Assembly (NCBI GenBank): GCA_036172245.1 | Contig: JAYWIR010000012.1 | Coordinates: forward strand, 434,001-498,000 | From: Raillietiella orientalis | Lineage: Eukaryota | DNA: 64,000 nt | Direction of reading: 5' to 3' | Part shown: in pieces, positions 13,701 to 26,500 of the stretch | Layout: each line of letters starts with the position of its first letter | Position numbering within the stretch: the first letter of the stretch is position 1 | The notes under the pieces: model-generated | The model's input: the letters and a program-made list of their open reading frames with translations, nothing else | Database searches by the model: none | Told to the model about the DNA's origin: nothing | Translations under genes and position numbers: made by a program

Positions 13701-13903
13701 TCTAAAGCTACGGATGGTGGTCTCCTGTTCTTGGCGCTTCGTCGGCTGAAGAGAGTTCGTGCCCGCTGCTTCCGTTTCAAAGACCCGCGATCGCCTCGCA
13801 GGGATGCGAGGGCGTCCCGTCAACCGTGCTGAGGACGCTCGTTGGTGACGCGGTCGTCGCAGCAGTTCCAGCCCACACGCTTTCTGCAGACGCCGGGAAG
13901 GGT
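10770..13903. repeat. Dispersed direct repeat of ~225 bp (copies ~10770-10994 and ~13679-13903)
   Basis: Colinear match from TTGAGTTTT..GGTCTAAAGCTA.GGATGGTGGTCTCCTG through CACGCTTTCTGCAG..G.CGGGAAGGG, with scattered substitutions. Confidence 0.9.
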
Positions 13904-16900
13904 TTTTCCGGCCTCCAGGCAGAATCCGTGGCGGTAAATCCGGTTGCTCTGCCTGTTCTGCCAAGTGGCCAGTGTGCGTCGCTTAGTAGAAGGCAAGGCG
14001 ATTCGATTTGTGACTGTTAAAAAAGCCTGCGAGATGTCCATCCCTTTCGACAGCTCGAGAGGAAGACCCACCTCCGTTCCAGTTTCTCCGCGACCATCAC
14101 ACCAGCTTCTCCCTCCCGTGGAATGTTTGATTCACACCGTATGGGAAACGAGGGGTCGTAGGGGAAAGAACCCTTCGAACTTCACTTCATGGAGGTTGCG
14201 CGGGAAAGCTTCGGAGATGCCTGACCTGCAGCTCCCGGGAGTCGAACCTCGTTGTCTCTCGGAGTCCTCCGCGAGAAGAACAAAAAAGAAACGAAAGGAT
14301 CCAGTAGCTTCAAAATGGTTTCCCAGGAAATTGAATTCAAGACGCGAGATCGGTTTCCATGTCCCTGGGCAGGAAGAGATGCGCAGTGCGAGCTCCCAAC
14401 GACGGCCTTCCGTATGGGCTTTTCGTGTCCTGCACGAGGCGCGGCATGCCACTGGCTGTTGCCATGCCTCCAAAACGTTTGCGACCATCTCCTTTGCGCA
14501 CCACCGCACCCGACATGGAACTCCAGAATCAACTTCTTTCCAGGAGCGCTTCCTTGATCCCCGCCCGCTCCCACTTCCATGGCAACAAATTTTCGCCGGC
14601 GCGAACGGACGCTCGCCGGTATTCCACGGGACCCTAGGGTTCTCTCCGTCGCCGTCTCCGAAGGGCTAGAGATGCAAAGTGCACCCTGTTTCCCCACCTG
14701 CATCCTGCACCGCTCAATCCCTCCTCCTCTTTCTGCCCCTCTTCCCTTCCTCCTCCTCTTTCTGCCCCTTTTCCCTTCCTTCTCTTTCCTACCTTCTCTT
14801 CCCTTCTTCCTTCTCCTCCTGAGCTCGGTGTATTCGCATTCGAACATCTCCCGAAGGCAACTGCGAGGGCTAATCGCCAGTCGAGGGAGCCACCAGAATT
14901 TTTCGGCTTCCAAGCCAAGGCGCCGGCTCACTTCCCCTGTCGCCGGATCCTTCGCGAGAGCGATGGGAACTGAGGGAAGGATCCGGTAATCCTTCTGCGA
15001 AACGTCTGGAAAACCTTGGCAACCGAGGACCTCGAGCACCTGCTCCGTCGGGAGCCTGAAGGAAGGAGCTTGGCACTCCCACTTCCCGACTAGAAGCAGC
15101 CCAGCTGCCGGTCGGGTAGGGAGGGAAAGAAACGCCCGAGTCTCGAGGACTCTTCCCGCCATCCAGCGGAGGTGGTCCTGGAACTTAGCAAAGGGGGGCA
15201 CCAGTAGGTTCACCTTTACGTAGGTGAGCTGAAATGTCGCCGTCTCCGAGGGAAGGGATTTTCCCCCGGGAACTCGAAAGCGAAGAGCCCGCACCTCTGT
15301 GCACTGGGCAGCAGGCGTGGTTGAAGTCGGCCTCCTCCCACCAAAGAGTTCCAGAGCGAATCCGCCTTCTGCATCGATAGATCGGGGGAGGGAGGAACGC
15401 GGGGAGCCGACACTGCGATGCCGGGGAAACGCAACCCTCCTGCGTCCCCGTCCCCCTTCCCCCTTCCTCATCAAAAACAGAGGGAGATTTTTGCTTCGAG
15501 GAAGGAGGAGTTGACTCGATGTCCTCCAAGGAACAGGAACTCTCCCTGAATAATGCCGTGGCTCTCTTGGACGGTCCCCCGCTCATACCCTTCCATTCTG
15601 GAGCCGAACACCTCCTTGGGTCCTCGGCGAGGGAGGAGCGACCTTCCCTTGCCGAGAGGATTCCTCAGAATCGCAGACGCCTCCGGAGAAATCGCTACGC
15701 TCTTCAGAAGAGGAAGGTGCCGAGTCGAAATGGTCCAGGGAGAATTCCCGGCTCGGTAGCCGGGGTAGCGAAGAGACTGAAAGAGAGAAAAGATCCATCC
15801 AGCCTTGCACGACGGGAAAGGCTCTCGGAAGTCCGGAGTTTCCGGGAGCCACTCTCAGTCTGACTTGACACTGAGGCAGAGGTTTTCGTTCTTACGAGTC
15901 GGAATCCCCCCCCCCTTTTTTCTCTTTGGTCATTTCAAGTCTTGCGGTCTCTCTCGAAATGTGCTGATGCGAATGAGGACTCTTGCGAGACCAAGGTGGA
16001 CGGCAGCAAGAAGAGGATTCAAGAGCCATGCAGCCAGCGCAGGAAGACCAAGCTGGACAGCAACAACAACCACGAGAACAGAAAGAGCAGCAAGAACAAA
16101 AAGAGTGCGGTGCAGTCCCCGATTCCCCGCGCGAGTGCGCTTCGCTCATCAGAGTTTCACCTGTAATCCTCTTGTTGCTGCTGTCCACCTTGGTCTTCCT
16201 TATCTGCTGTTTCTGCAATCCTCGTTGTTCTTGTTTCTGTCCTTTTCGACATCGTTGTTGTGTCCATGTTGTTGTGGTGCTGCGGAAGGGTAGGTGATGT
16301 TGTCGTTGTTGTGAGTTGGTAGTGGGTTGTTGGTATTCTCGTTTCGCTGCTGATGATGATGATCTTGCCGTGGTGATGTTGGCGGTCGTAGTTGCTACGG
16401 CGATGATGATGGCGGTCCTACTGTGTCTTTATTGTCGTCGTTTTCGCCGCTGTGGGCATCGATGGTGACAGTGGCGCTGCCGTCGTGGTTCCACCGCAGC
16501 GAGCGACCCCTCCAGCCTCTGCCTTCCGGGCGCGCACCGCACTCTGCTGGCCCGCCACCTCTCCCAGTCCCCGGAGACGAGGATGAGCGTGACGCGCAGA
16601 GATGAGGACACGGCATGGCTGCAACCGGGCTGCCGCAGGAGGTGGGGTCTTCAGGAGGCGCTGTTGTCGGGTTGCTGATCTGGAGAGGCGCTTCCTCGCC
16701 TTCTTCCCTCTTCGCTCTTTCCTCCCAAGTTGGTTCCGCCGGGAAGAGTTCCGTCCAATGGTCCGAGCCCCCCCGCCCGGCCTCTCCGCGAGCAGCGGCG
16801 TGGCGTCGCCCACGCACACTGGCTGTCACTGAGGAGAATTCGAAGCCCCCGACTCGTGCGCCGCCCGGTGTTCCGGGAGCGAAGCTTTCCCGTTCACCTC

Positions 16901-17951
16901 CGCTCCATCCGTCAGGTGCCTCAAGAGGTCTTCCTCCACCTCGCAAGGGAGCTGCTCAGCGCCGCCACCCACCCGGAGCGTGTCCCCAGGGTCTGTGGTC
17001 TCCTCGCATTCTGCTGTAAGGGCCGCGGGCTGCCTCCCTGCGAAAGGAAGGAGGCGGACGGCAGCAGCCGGTCGTAACCTCGGCAACCGACCGCGGTCTC
17101 GTCCCGGCCGCTCGCCGACTGCACGCGCGTGCTGGCGGGCGGGTGCGTTTTCTGCTCGCGACCGCCGCTCTTCGTCGTACCATCGCAGCAAGGAAACATC
17201 TCGTCCTTTTGATCTTCCCGGTCGGCCCCCATCTCGGGTTTCGATTTCGACGCGCGAATCAAAAATGGGAGAGAGCGGAGAAGGAGCGGGAGGGGAGCGC
17301 GAATGCAGATGCCGAGAGCAGCGTCCGCTGCCAACAGTGGACTCCTCGTGAAGACCCGCGCGTGAAGCGCCCGGCGGCCACGAGCAAGCGCAACTCCAGC
17401 GGAGGAGCAGAGAGCGGATCGTCTCTCAGCATCCATGCCTCTGACGATATACTTTGTGAAGAGCACCTACGGAGGCAAGAAAGGTTTTCCCTCTTCCTCT
17501 TCCCTTCCTCGTCTCCTGCTCTTCCACCTCTTCCCTTCTGTCGTGACTCCCGTCTGCAGACGCTGCTGTGTCACAGCCGCCCGTGGCCGCTCGCCGCCCT
17601 GACGAGAGATGAGGCGGCACCCCATGTTCCCACCTGATCGCCGCGTGCGCCTCCTGCTTCTCCATTGGATGGGCACGAGGCTGTTTCCGACACGGGGAAA
17701 AGAACAGCTTCCTGCGGTTCGTCTCAAGAAGAGAGAAAGTCCCCTAGGAGGCGAACTCCGTTTGCAAGACCCGCAACATCCGCTTGGAAGTGGTGGCTTC
17801 GCGCTTGCAGAGAAGTCTTCGTGTCCCTTCTGTCCATAAGGAAGTTGTAAGCAGTGGTGCCACACACTGAGCTGAGAGCGCACGCCCGGTGACAAAGCCG
17901 TGCGTTTGCCTTTTTCTCAACGTGCGACAGTGCTGACATCTCTCTTCCTCC

Positions 17952-17953
<2 letters not shown>

Positions 17954-17989
<36 letters not shown>
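17954..17989. repeat. (GA)n microsatellite
   Basis: Uninterrupted GA run of 36 nt. Confidence 0.95.
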
Positions 17990-17990
<1 letters not shown>

Positions 17991-20900
17991 GTGTCGCGAC
18001 ATCTCTCCGCGAACCGATGCTCCAGGTTTCTCCTTTTCTTCCTCTCCCCCTCCCCTACCCCCTATTTAAGAACATGAATTTTGGAAGCTCCTGGCCCAAC
18101 CCCCGTCAGAAACTCCCCCACGGAAGAAGAAAAAAAGGATAAAAAGTGGGGGAGGAGCTTGAATTTTTTTTTAGGAGAAGAAGCCGCGAACGATCCCTTC
18201 GTTCCTAGGGATCCGAGTAGGCGCTCCTGTTCCTCAAGGTTCCCCGCATCCTTTTCCGTTCTTCGGCCGAGTGTCTTGGCTGCTGACGTCCCCTCCGACC
18301 CTCGGAAAGGCTTCCCGGGGCGGAAGCGGAAACTGCCTCTGCAAGCAAAGGCGCTGTCCTCAAGGGGGCAGCACCGAAGAACGCGACAGATGGGGTCGGC
18401 CGTCTTCCGGACACATCCCACGCGTCGCGTGCGGGTGGCCCGCGAGTGGGGGACGCCTCCTCGAGATGGGCGGTCCTCTCCGGGGCGCAAACGCACGCGC
18501 GCCGAGGGCTCTCGGAGCTGCTGCTGCTGCTGCTGGAGAGGGGGCAGGCGAGTCAAGCGATGTGCGGACGGAAGCTTCTCTGCGCTTACGACGCCGTTTC
18601 CCTGGGAAACCCGGCAGTCTGTCATCCTTGCCCGGGAGGTTTTCCTTCCTTCGCTGAGCCTCGACCGGGCGCTGGCGAGAACAAAGGGAAAACGCAAACA
18701 CGTGATTGACGGTTCGCCAGGACGTCGCGTCCGAAGGCGGCGGTCGGCTCGCCAGCGCTCCCCGGCGGAGAATTCCGCGGAAGTCAGCCGAGATCGGACC
18801 GGGCCGCTTCCCGGCCGTAGGAACGCCGGGAAAGAACGGGAACCGCGCTCGTTCCCCGAAAGCGCTCGACGCGACGTCCCGGCTGGAGGAGAGGACGTCC
18901 GGGCGGGCGCTCCGGAAGCTGGGAACCAGCTCGCCTCGACGAACGGGCATTTCCGCCCTCCGGGCGAGCCGTTCCCTCCTGCCCCGGTTGCATCCCGCCG
19001 CGGCGGATGAAACCCCCTCAGGCGAGCCGTGACGTCACATGCGTTCGGGAAGGAAAAGCCGAGTGACGTGACGGCCCGCGCGCAAGTGCGTCGAAATGGA
19101 AGTCGCTCCACGATTCCGCATTGTTGCGTAGCTGCCCACTTACCTCGGTCGTGGGGCAACGCCGAGCACGCCGCCATCTTTATTGAGCGCAGCTTCGGGA
19201 AGCGAGCTTTCCTCTCTCCGAGGACGGCACGGCCGTTGATTCGCTGATCATTTTGACGTCACGGTTCCGTCATCGGTTCCGGTGTTGCTGCGAACGGTTC
19301 GAGGCGCGCGTCGTCCGTCCGTCCGTCAGACCGTGGTCGGAATGCTGCTTGTCTCTTTCTCTCTCTCCCTCCCTTCCCCCCCCCCCCCCCAATTCCTGAA
19401 GAACCGACACCGGGAGCGAAATCTCAGGAGCTTCCCAGGAAGCTGTTGGTTCCTTCGGGACACCGAAGCGGTCCCAAGGAGACAGGCGAGTTCGCACCAA
19501 GAGGAGGAGGAGGAGCGCTGGGTGGGAGGCGAGAAACTCCCTGCGGGGATTGATGGGAACTGCTCATTCGAAACGGCGGTTTTTTTCCGGACTGAGTTTA
19601 CAGTTGGCTGACCATGAGGAAACAGTAAACTCCGGACTGCTCCCATCAGCCACAACCGACCATGGAAACAAAGTACGCACTCGATAAACAGAGCCGGTGA
19701 AACCCGACACAGCGCGAAAGAATAACAGAAAGACTGGATTTCCTCATCGCCGCGTGCTGTGTCGCCATAGCGGTGAGGGACAGATGCGGTCGACAGAGAA
19801 ACCAAGGAGCGCGTGGCTTCTTCCTCGAGAGATTCGCGGCAGCGGCGTTCGCCAGTGGAGGTCACGCTGCCATCTCGCGGAACGCTGGCGAACTAAGCTG
19901 TCCGGAGCTTAGGGGATGGTGACCACGCGCCGGAGCCGCGATTTCCCGACAGTACCGCATTCCTCTCGGTGCTTTCCAGCGAAGATTCGAGCCCAGCCTT
20001 TTTTCGCACAACCTTGGAAAAACAGAGGTGGGTGACCGTGCTTTTCCAAGTGGATTTTACAGAACAGTGGATGCGGCCGGGGAATGGCGCTCGTGCTGGA
20101 AGCGGTGGCCGTGCTGACTCACACAGTCGGTTTTCGCTCTGTGGAGCAGAGATGCCGTGGAAGATGCCTCGAGGGGTGCAGGCGACCTCATCATCAGAAC
20201 GCAGGAAGCACGCCAGAGAGAAAGGCATCTTTTCTTCTGGCCTGCGCCCGCCGATCCGCGTCCCGGGATCTCAGGCCCACCGCCTCCGAGGTCTGCCGCA
20301 CATAGGAGGGAACACTTTCGCCCGGAAAGGGCACTACTTCCGGGCAGGAGACCTGCCCCCGAACTGCGCGACTTTTCCGTTTGTCTCGCGTCCAGGAGAC
20401 CGAGGAAAGCGGGAGCTCCCATGCACGAGACCCGGCCGTCTCTCAGGGACGGCTCCAGGCATCTCAAGAGCGCAGCGCGCACTCTGTGAAGGATCCTGAG
20501 AGGCTATGCGATCTCCTCGCGTGCTCGTCAGATGGAAGAGGCGGCGGCTTCTAAGCGGTGATGAGTCTCCCCACCGAGGTGCGAGGCGACCGAATGCCCG
20601 AGAGCGCGACGCAGGATTGGGGCGTTTGTCGGAAGACTTCCAAGCAGCTCCAATCGAAACCCTTCGCTGAAATCTCTGACCTGGGGTGATTGGGGCACGG
20701 CGACGAGAGGTGACAGGAGCTTCGGTCTTCACAGAGTTTGTGGAAGCGTCCGGGCCACTCCCAGACCTTCGTGAGCGACGAAGATCACGCAACCCTGAAT
20801 GATTCGTTGGGATGCTCCTCAGGACCAGCGTGTTGAAAGTGGCGTCCCTTGGGACAGCTTCTGCGTTCCCTCTTTTCTTACAGGCTCCGCAACAGTCGGT

Positions 20901-21007
20901 TCATTTTATTTTATTTTTTGTCTTCATCCGTTTAACTCGACCGTGCAAGGCGCGTCCCCAATTCCAGAAGGGAAGTTGTCATGCCCATTGTTTTTGTGCT
21001 CTTCCAG

Positions 21008-21817
21008 GGAAGAAATGGAGGAGTCTGACCCCTACGGACAGGCGACCATTCGTCGAAGAAGCCGAGAAGCTGAGGATACTGCACATGCAGGAGCACCCCA
21101 ACTACAAATACAGACCGCGGAGGAAGAAGAATTCCAAGCAGAGGGCGGCGAGCAAGAAAGCCGACTTGCAGGACGCTCCCAGCAATGGTGTGTTGGTCTC
21201 GAAGCCGTTTGGATCGATCGTTCCCTTCTGCTGCTCGCCTTCGAGGAACTTCTCCATCTTCAACTCCTTCCACACGCCCGAGTCGTCTCCGAACTGCAGC
21301 CCAGAGCCCAGAATCTTCTGCCACAAGGAGGCGTACGAAACTTCCCCGAGCGCCCCGGTAGCGGACGCGAGCCAGCTGCCGGACAAGAACGCGGGACTGC
21401 CCTTCAGCGGTGCCGGCTTCCTGCCGACGCCCGAGATGTCCCCGACGGAGAGGGTCGGCGACCACTTCCCGTGCTTCGCCCGAATAAAGCCGCAGGGTCT
21501 CTCCTTGTTCTCCCCTGGGCTGCCGATGGAGTACGGCGACCTGCCTCACTTTGCCAACGTGTCCATCCCGAATTCTCCTCCTTGGTCCCAGTCGCATGCC
21601 GATTTCTCCGCTGGACTGAGTCCCATGAATTTCTGCATCGGATACGAGCTGGCGGAGGGCAGGACCAGACAAGGAGGCTGTGGCCAGAACGCGCTGCCTT
21701 ACGTCCACAGGAATCCTGCCCAGGAATGCCTGTCTTCGCCTTCCTCGTACAGCACTCCGGATGTCTGCAGCTCCCCTGCTGCCTTCATGAAAGAAGGACT
21801 GAGCTCCGCATACCTTG
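21008..21817 (+). CDS. SoxF: SoxF coding exon 2 (second half of HMG box and S/P-rich region)
   Basis: Acceptor ...gtgctcttccag|GG (phase 1 restores Gly) is followed by [40 protein letters not shown], then HTPESSP and LPTPEMSP motifs. Donor CTT G|gtaaat at 21817/21818, phase 1. Confidence 0.95.
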
Positions 21818-23441
21818 GTAAATTCGCTTTTCTTTGCCTGTTACCACCCCACCCACCCTCTCTCTGTCTCGGTTTTCGCGTCGCCGCAACGAAACCTCCA
21901 AAACTCGCGTTGACGAGGCCATCAAGGTTTGGTGGTTATCTTGGTTGAGGGATCAATTGAGCGCGTCTCGAAATGTCTTCCCCTTCTTGATGGCCTTGCG
22001 CTCCTGTTTGATGGAATCAGCGGGGCTGCTGAGAAGTGCACGGAGAACCTATCTCGTGGGGACGTCGGCCCCTCTCTCGAGCTGTAGATCACGAGAAGTA
22101 ACCATCGCCAGTTTAGAGATGAATTTAGTGTTTTTTACTGTTGGAAGCTTTCCCTTGCTCAACCAACGGTGGTGGCGAACTGATGCCTGGCAACGGTGCC
22201 TAAATCAACGAAAGCCTGGCAACAGTGCACGTACGAGAGGGAGCTGTGCTCAAAGCATCGCAGAATTCGAAAACACGAATTTGCTTTCAAGTCGTAGTAT
22301 TTAAAGAATAAACAAATTATAAACATAAGTATTATGATGATGTGAGAATGTAATGACAGTACGGTGTACAAATCATATATAATCACAGTGTAAATGTATA
22401 TATATAAAATAATTTACATATCAACCTAGAAGTAAAAAGAAATAGAACTTATTTCTAATCCAGATTTTCACCAATTGAACGAAGGACAAACTTTTCCCCT
22501 CAGTTGAGTTTCACGAGCTAAAAGATGCAGCCTTCGTTCCAGGACCAACTCGTGGCAACGCGATGCTGGTTGCCGTCACCCAGCCCGCGCTCCCAGTTTC
22601 CCTCCCGGTCACCGGGGTTACCAGTGCGGCTAGCCACGTGGCCAGCGCACGGACAAAACTTCAAAACGAACAAGAGCAAAAAAGTGTAGCCAGATGAAAG
22701 ATAAGCGAAGTTGCGCCCAAGTTTGCCGCGCGTCTGCAAAATTTTGCCGCGCTCCGAGAATGGGCCTTCGTGCCTCGGGTCTGCTGCTCAGGACTATTAT
22801 CGCCAGGGGGGAAGGCCTCATAGGACAGCCATCGAGCATCCTTGCAGATCCGCACGCAGCGAAAGGGAGCAAAAGTTTCCGATTCAGGTGCACGCCTGCC
22901 TGCGATGCGCAGGTCCAGAAGAGCAGCAGCATAACGCGTGTCGCATTGCTTCCCTGTGATATGTGGCGTGACAGTTAACCAACTCCTGTGACGCGTGAGC
23001 ACGCACAGGAAAGCACTGCGCAGCGTGTACATGCTGCACGTAACCGAATGAGTGATCTGCGCAGAGATGACGGCCACACGAAGAGGATCTGTGTTTGTTG
23101 GGCGTGACGGGTTCGTGGTCTTCATCATGCGTCGAAGACCCTGTGTTCACTCTTTTAACTCTTGAGGGTTGGGTTGCATAGGTGGGATTCGATCCGTTCT
23201 CTGGGTCGGCTGGACTGTCCAGCGAGGTTTGGGAGAATAGCGATGTTTTTGGTAGGTCCAAGTGGGGAGGGAAGTGGCCGAATCGTGGGTGATACCCATG
23301 GATTCGTTCGGAAGATGGTGCGCCTTCCTACGCCACTTCCTCGGAATTCGAGCAGCACCCTCCAAGCGATTTGCACGGCTCAACCTCAGTAGGACGAACT
23401 CAACTCGGAACTTTCTCTTCGAGCGAGTCCGCGGCTTAGTG

Positions 23442-23523
23442 CATCCGGAGTGCTGTAAGAGGAAGGCGAAGACATGAATTCCTGGGCAGGATTCCTGTGG
23501 ACGTAAGGCAGCGCGTTCTGGCC
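23442..23523 (-). repeat. Inverted 82-bp copy of SoxF exon 2 segment 21682-21763
   Basis: 79/82 identity by manual alignment; [25 protein letters not shown] appears in both ORFs. Confidence 0.95.
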
Positions 23524-26500
23524 TTCCGCGCCACGGAAGGTCAGCTTCGCTGCCAGATGTAGGCAGGAGAGGGGCGTTGTTTGAGAATTCTCCGTCGCCA
23601 AGGCGCGCGAAGGGGTGGGAAAAGACCGCGCGGCTGGAGTCCGGGAGCAGGGCTTTCGGAGGCGCTTCTTCTCTTAGGGAGGGAGGCCATACGGAGAGGC
23701 TGCAGGAAAAACGCGGACGAATGAAAGGAAGTCTCGCAGATGAAAGTATGCGAGACGCAACTTCGGATGAAAGAAAGGCATCGCCAGACTGCCGAGTTGC
23801 GTTGGGGATTGATGGAACGTGGTGCAAGATCCGAGATGCCTTCCACTCACCGGCCTTGGAAGGCATCCTTCGATCGAGGATTCCACAGAAGCAGCAGTCT
23901 CCAGTGGGTTTTTTTGATTTTGTTTTTCCGGCTTGCCATTTTTAGCTCATTATCCCTCGAACGAGTGCCACGGGGAGACTGCAGAATCCGAAACCCGAGC
24001 GAAAAGAAACTCTGTTTCTTTCCGAACCGAACTAACCGACTTGACGCTCTCTCGGACGGTGGAGGCCGCTGATGTTCTCACTCGAATCTCGAACACACGC
24101 AGCACGTGCACCCACCCAAAGTGAGAAACACCAAAGTGATCCGTCCTCACTTCTAAACGCGCTTTCAAATCATGAGGCATCCGCGACGTTTGAGGTCTCC
24201 CGGAGTGTCCCGAAGAGCTTTCTCCGCTTCGAAGCCGGTCATCCTCCAAAGGCTTTCTTTTTCCTTCTTTTCCAAAGCTGCTGGAGACTTCGGAGCTGCG
24301 TGCCTTGCCCTCAGCATGATGCTCTCGTAAAGTGCCACGTCTTAGTATCGCGGGCCTTCAGGGGGGAGCCGAAGCTCGGAAGCTGGCGAGTAGCGTCTTC
24401 TCGACAGAGTCACGGCCGGAGCTTGAAAAGGAGGGAGGAGCCGGGAACATCCGACCGTTCCCGATGTGCGTTCGTTCCATCCACGCCCTCCTCCTCGTCT
24501 TCCGACCGAGGAACAGAAGCGGGAAACCCTAGAAGACCTCGCTGACAAACCCCGGAGCTCCTTTCTATCCTCCCCCTCGCCGGCGACTGGTCTCCTGGAG
24601 TAGTTTCCCCCGCGAGCTCTGCAGCCAAAAGGGGCTCCAGGAGCTTCGGGACAGGTTGTGGACAACCTTGCCCTCTGGAGCGCAACGCAAACAGGAGGTC
24701 GTTTTTCCGTATCCGAACTCGGGCCCCAAGAGAAACATCGCATTCCCTTCTTTTGATCACCGTCCAGAACCGCCACCCTGCGTGTACCGGAAGTCTCCGC
24801 ACGCTTCCCGGTCCCCTCGAGAAGGGGTCCGGGTCAAAATCCCGAACGCCGAAATCCCTAACTACCAAAACCCACGAAAGGTCATGGGAAGTAAAACACA
24901 CACGTGCTTATTCTATGCAGGTCAATATACAGGTTTACTTTAGTGATTATTCATGTTTATTAACGTACGCATTATGAACGGTAATATTATCGAACAGATA
25001 CATTTTCCCCGCGGAAATGCTGTCCCTCCTACTTCGTCCCTCTAGGCTCCAGCAGTGATGGGGGTCGAGACGCTTGGACGTCGGCTGGACTGGACCCCAG
25101 ACGACTCTCTGGTCACCCCACGACCTCGAAAAATCCATTCTTCATGTTTCACTAGCTCCCTCGACGCTCTCGTCCGCCCGAGCGCTCCGCGCGTTCTCCC
25201 TTCCGGTCTTCCCTGTTTGCAAACTTTGCTCGTGGCTTGGCTCCACCCCCGGCAAGGCTACGGGAGGGTCAGACGTCCACGGTTCTGCTGACTCCCCTCT
25301 TCTCCAGCGTAAGTGGAATCCGCAAGAAGCGCCTTTTGGGTTTCCCATTTTACGACCCACCCGGAGATGCAAGACTTCTCGTCGCAGTCATGCATCTCCG
25401 GGCAGATTTTGAGACCAGCGAATGGTCTGCGGAGTGTTTTGCGACACTTCTCTTCTGCAAAGATTGGCTTGCGACTTCAGGTTCTGTTTCGTTTCAATCT
25501 TCTTGCCTCTACAATGAGCACCTTCTGGAGGCTTCGGCCACCATCTCGTTGGCCCTGAGGAGGCTCGCTGAAGAGTGTTAACCCTGGCAGGCGGCGACCG
25601 AAGATGCGTCCCCACTCCGTCATTTTCTCCTGTTCCTGTCCACCGAGGATTCCGACTCCTCTGAGCATCCTGTCGCAGTCCGGGGACCAGAATTCGGGTG
25701 CTCCTTTGCTCGTGTGCACGCGTGGTCTATCGGCACGGTTTCCACTCGATGAGGCCTCGTGCATGAAGTGAAGGGATGCCCAATACTGGACCGAGGATGG
25801 TGCGCTCCTCTGTCAGCGGCAGCTTCCTTCTCTCCTGACCTCTCTCCTTAGCCGCGCTCTCAGACGTGGACATCCGTCACGTCTGGACTCTCTCGTTATG
25901 CAGAGCCAGGTCCGATGGGAGTTTCAAAGTCGTCTTCCCGGACTGGCTTTCGCGTTTCCCTTTCCGCGACGTGACTGACCGCGCAGTTAGCCCCGTCTCC
26001 TAGCGATGGTGCAAGAATTCTGCGCGCAGCACTCTTGAGGACTCCTTCCGGTCAGCACCGATTCTTGCGGACGTCACGCTCTCGGTAGCGTGTGTGAAGC
26101 TTCCAGCTGGACAACCCCAGGTGACCTCCGGTGGGCGACGAGTGGCGACGCCATCCAAGGCAGGACATGGGCTTGCGCGGACCTGGATATTCCTCCATGA
26201 AGGAAGCCATGCTTCCTTGCTTTGGAGAGTCCGAAGTGCGAATCGGTATTTCTCGAGACCTCGAATGGGTTGCGCAGTTCCCGGAGACGCGCTAGAAGGT
26301 TGCGTGCGCGTGGCCTTCGAAGCGGGAAAAAAGGGGCCCTCGAAAGATGAAGCGGAGGGAGGCTGCCTTGCTCCGCGTTCAGTACACACTCGCGGAGGGC
26401 GCATGAATGCCTCATCGTAGGGTGCGCGTATTGGGTGGAACGCGCGTAGTGAGCCACTTAAAACCGGCCCGTTCCTTTTTTTCTACCCCCCTTTCCTTGT

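Noticed and set aside
14182..15474. 430-aa minus-strand ORF
   Set aside because: Runs through a purine low-complexity tract and has no recognisable motif. It may include decayed transposon ORF1 sequence, but I cannot support that.
18062..19177. Overlapping 371-aa and 309-aa ORFs on opposite strands
   Set aside because: R/P/G/S-rich translations typical of GC-rich intron DNA; no splice-consistent or domain evidence.
20799..21821. 340-aa alternative-frame ORF and 258-aa antisense ORF over SoxF exon 2
   Set aside because: Shadow frames of a GC-rich coding exon.
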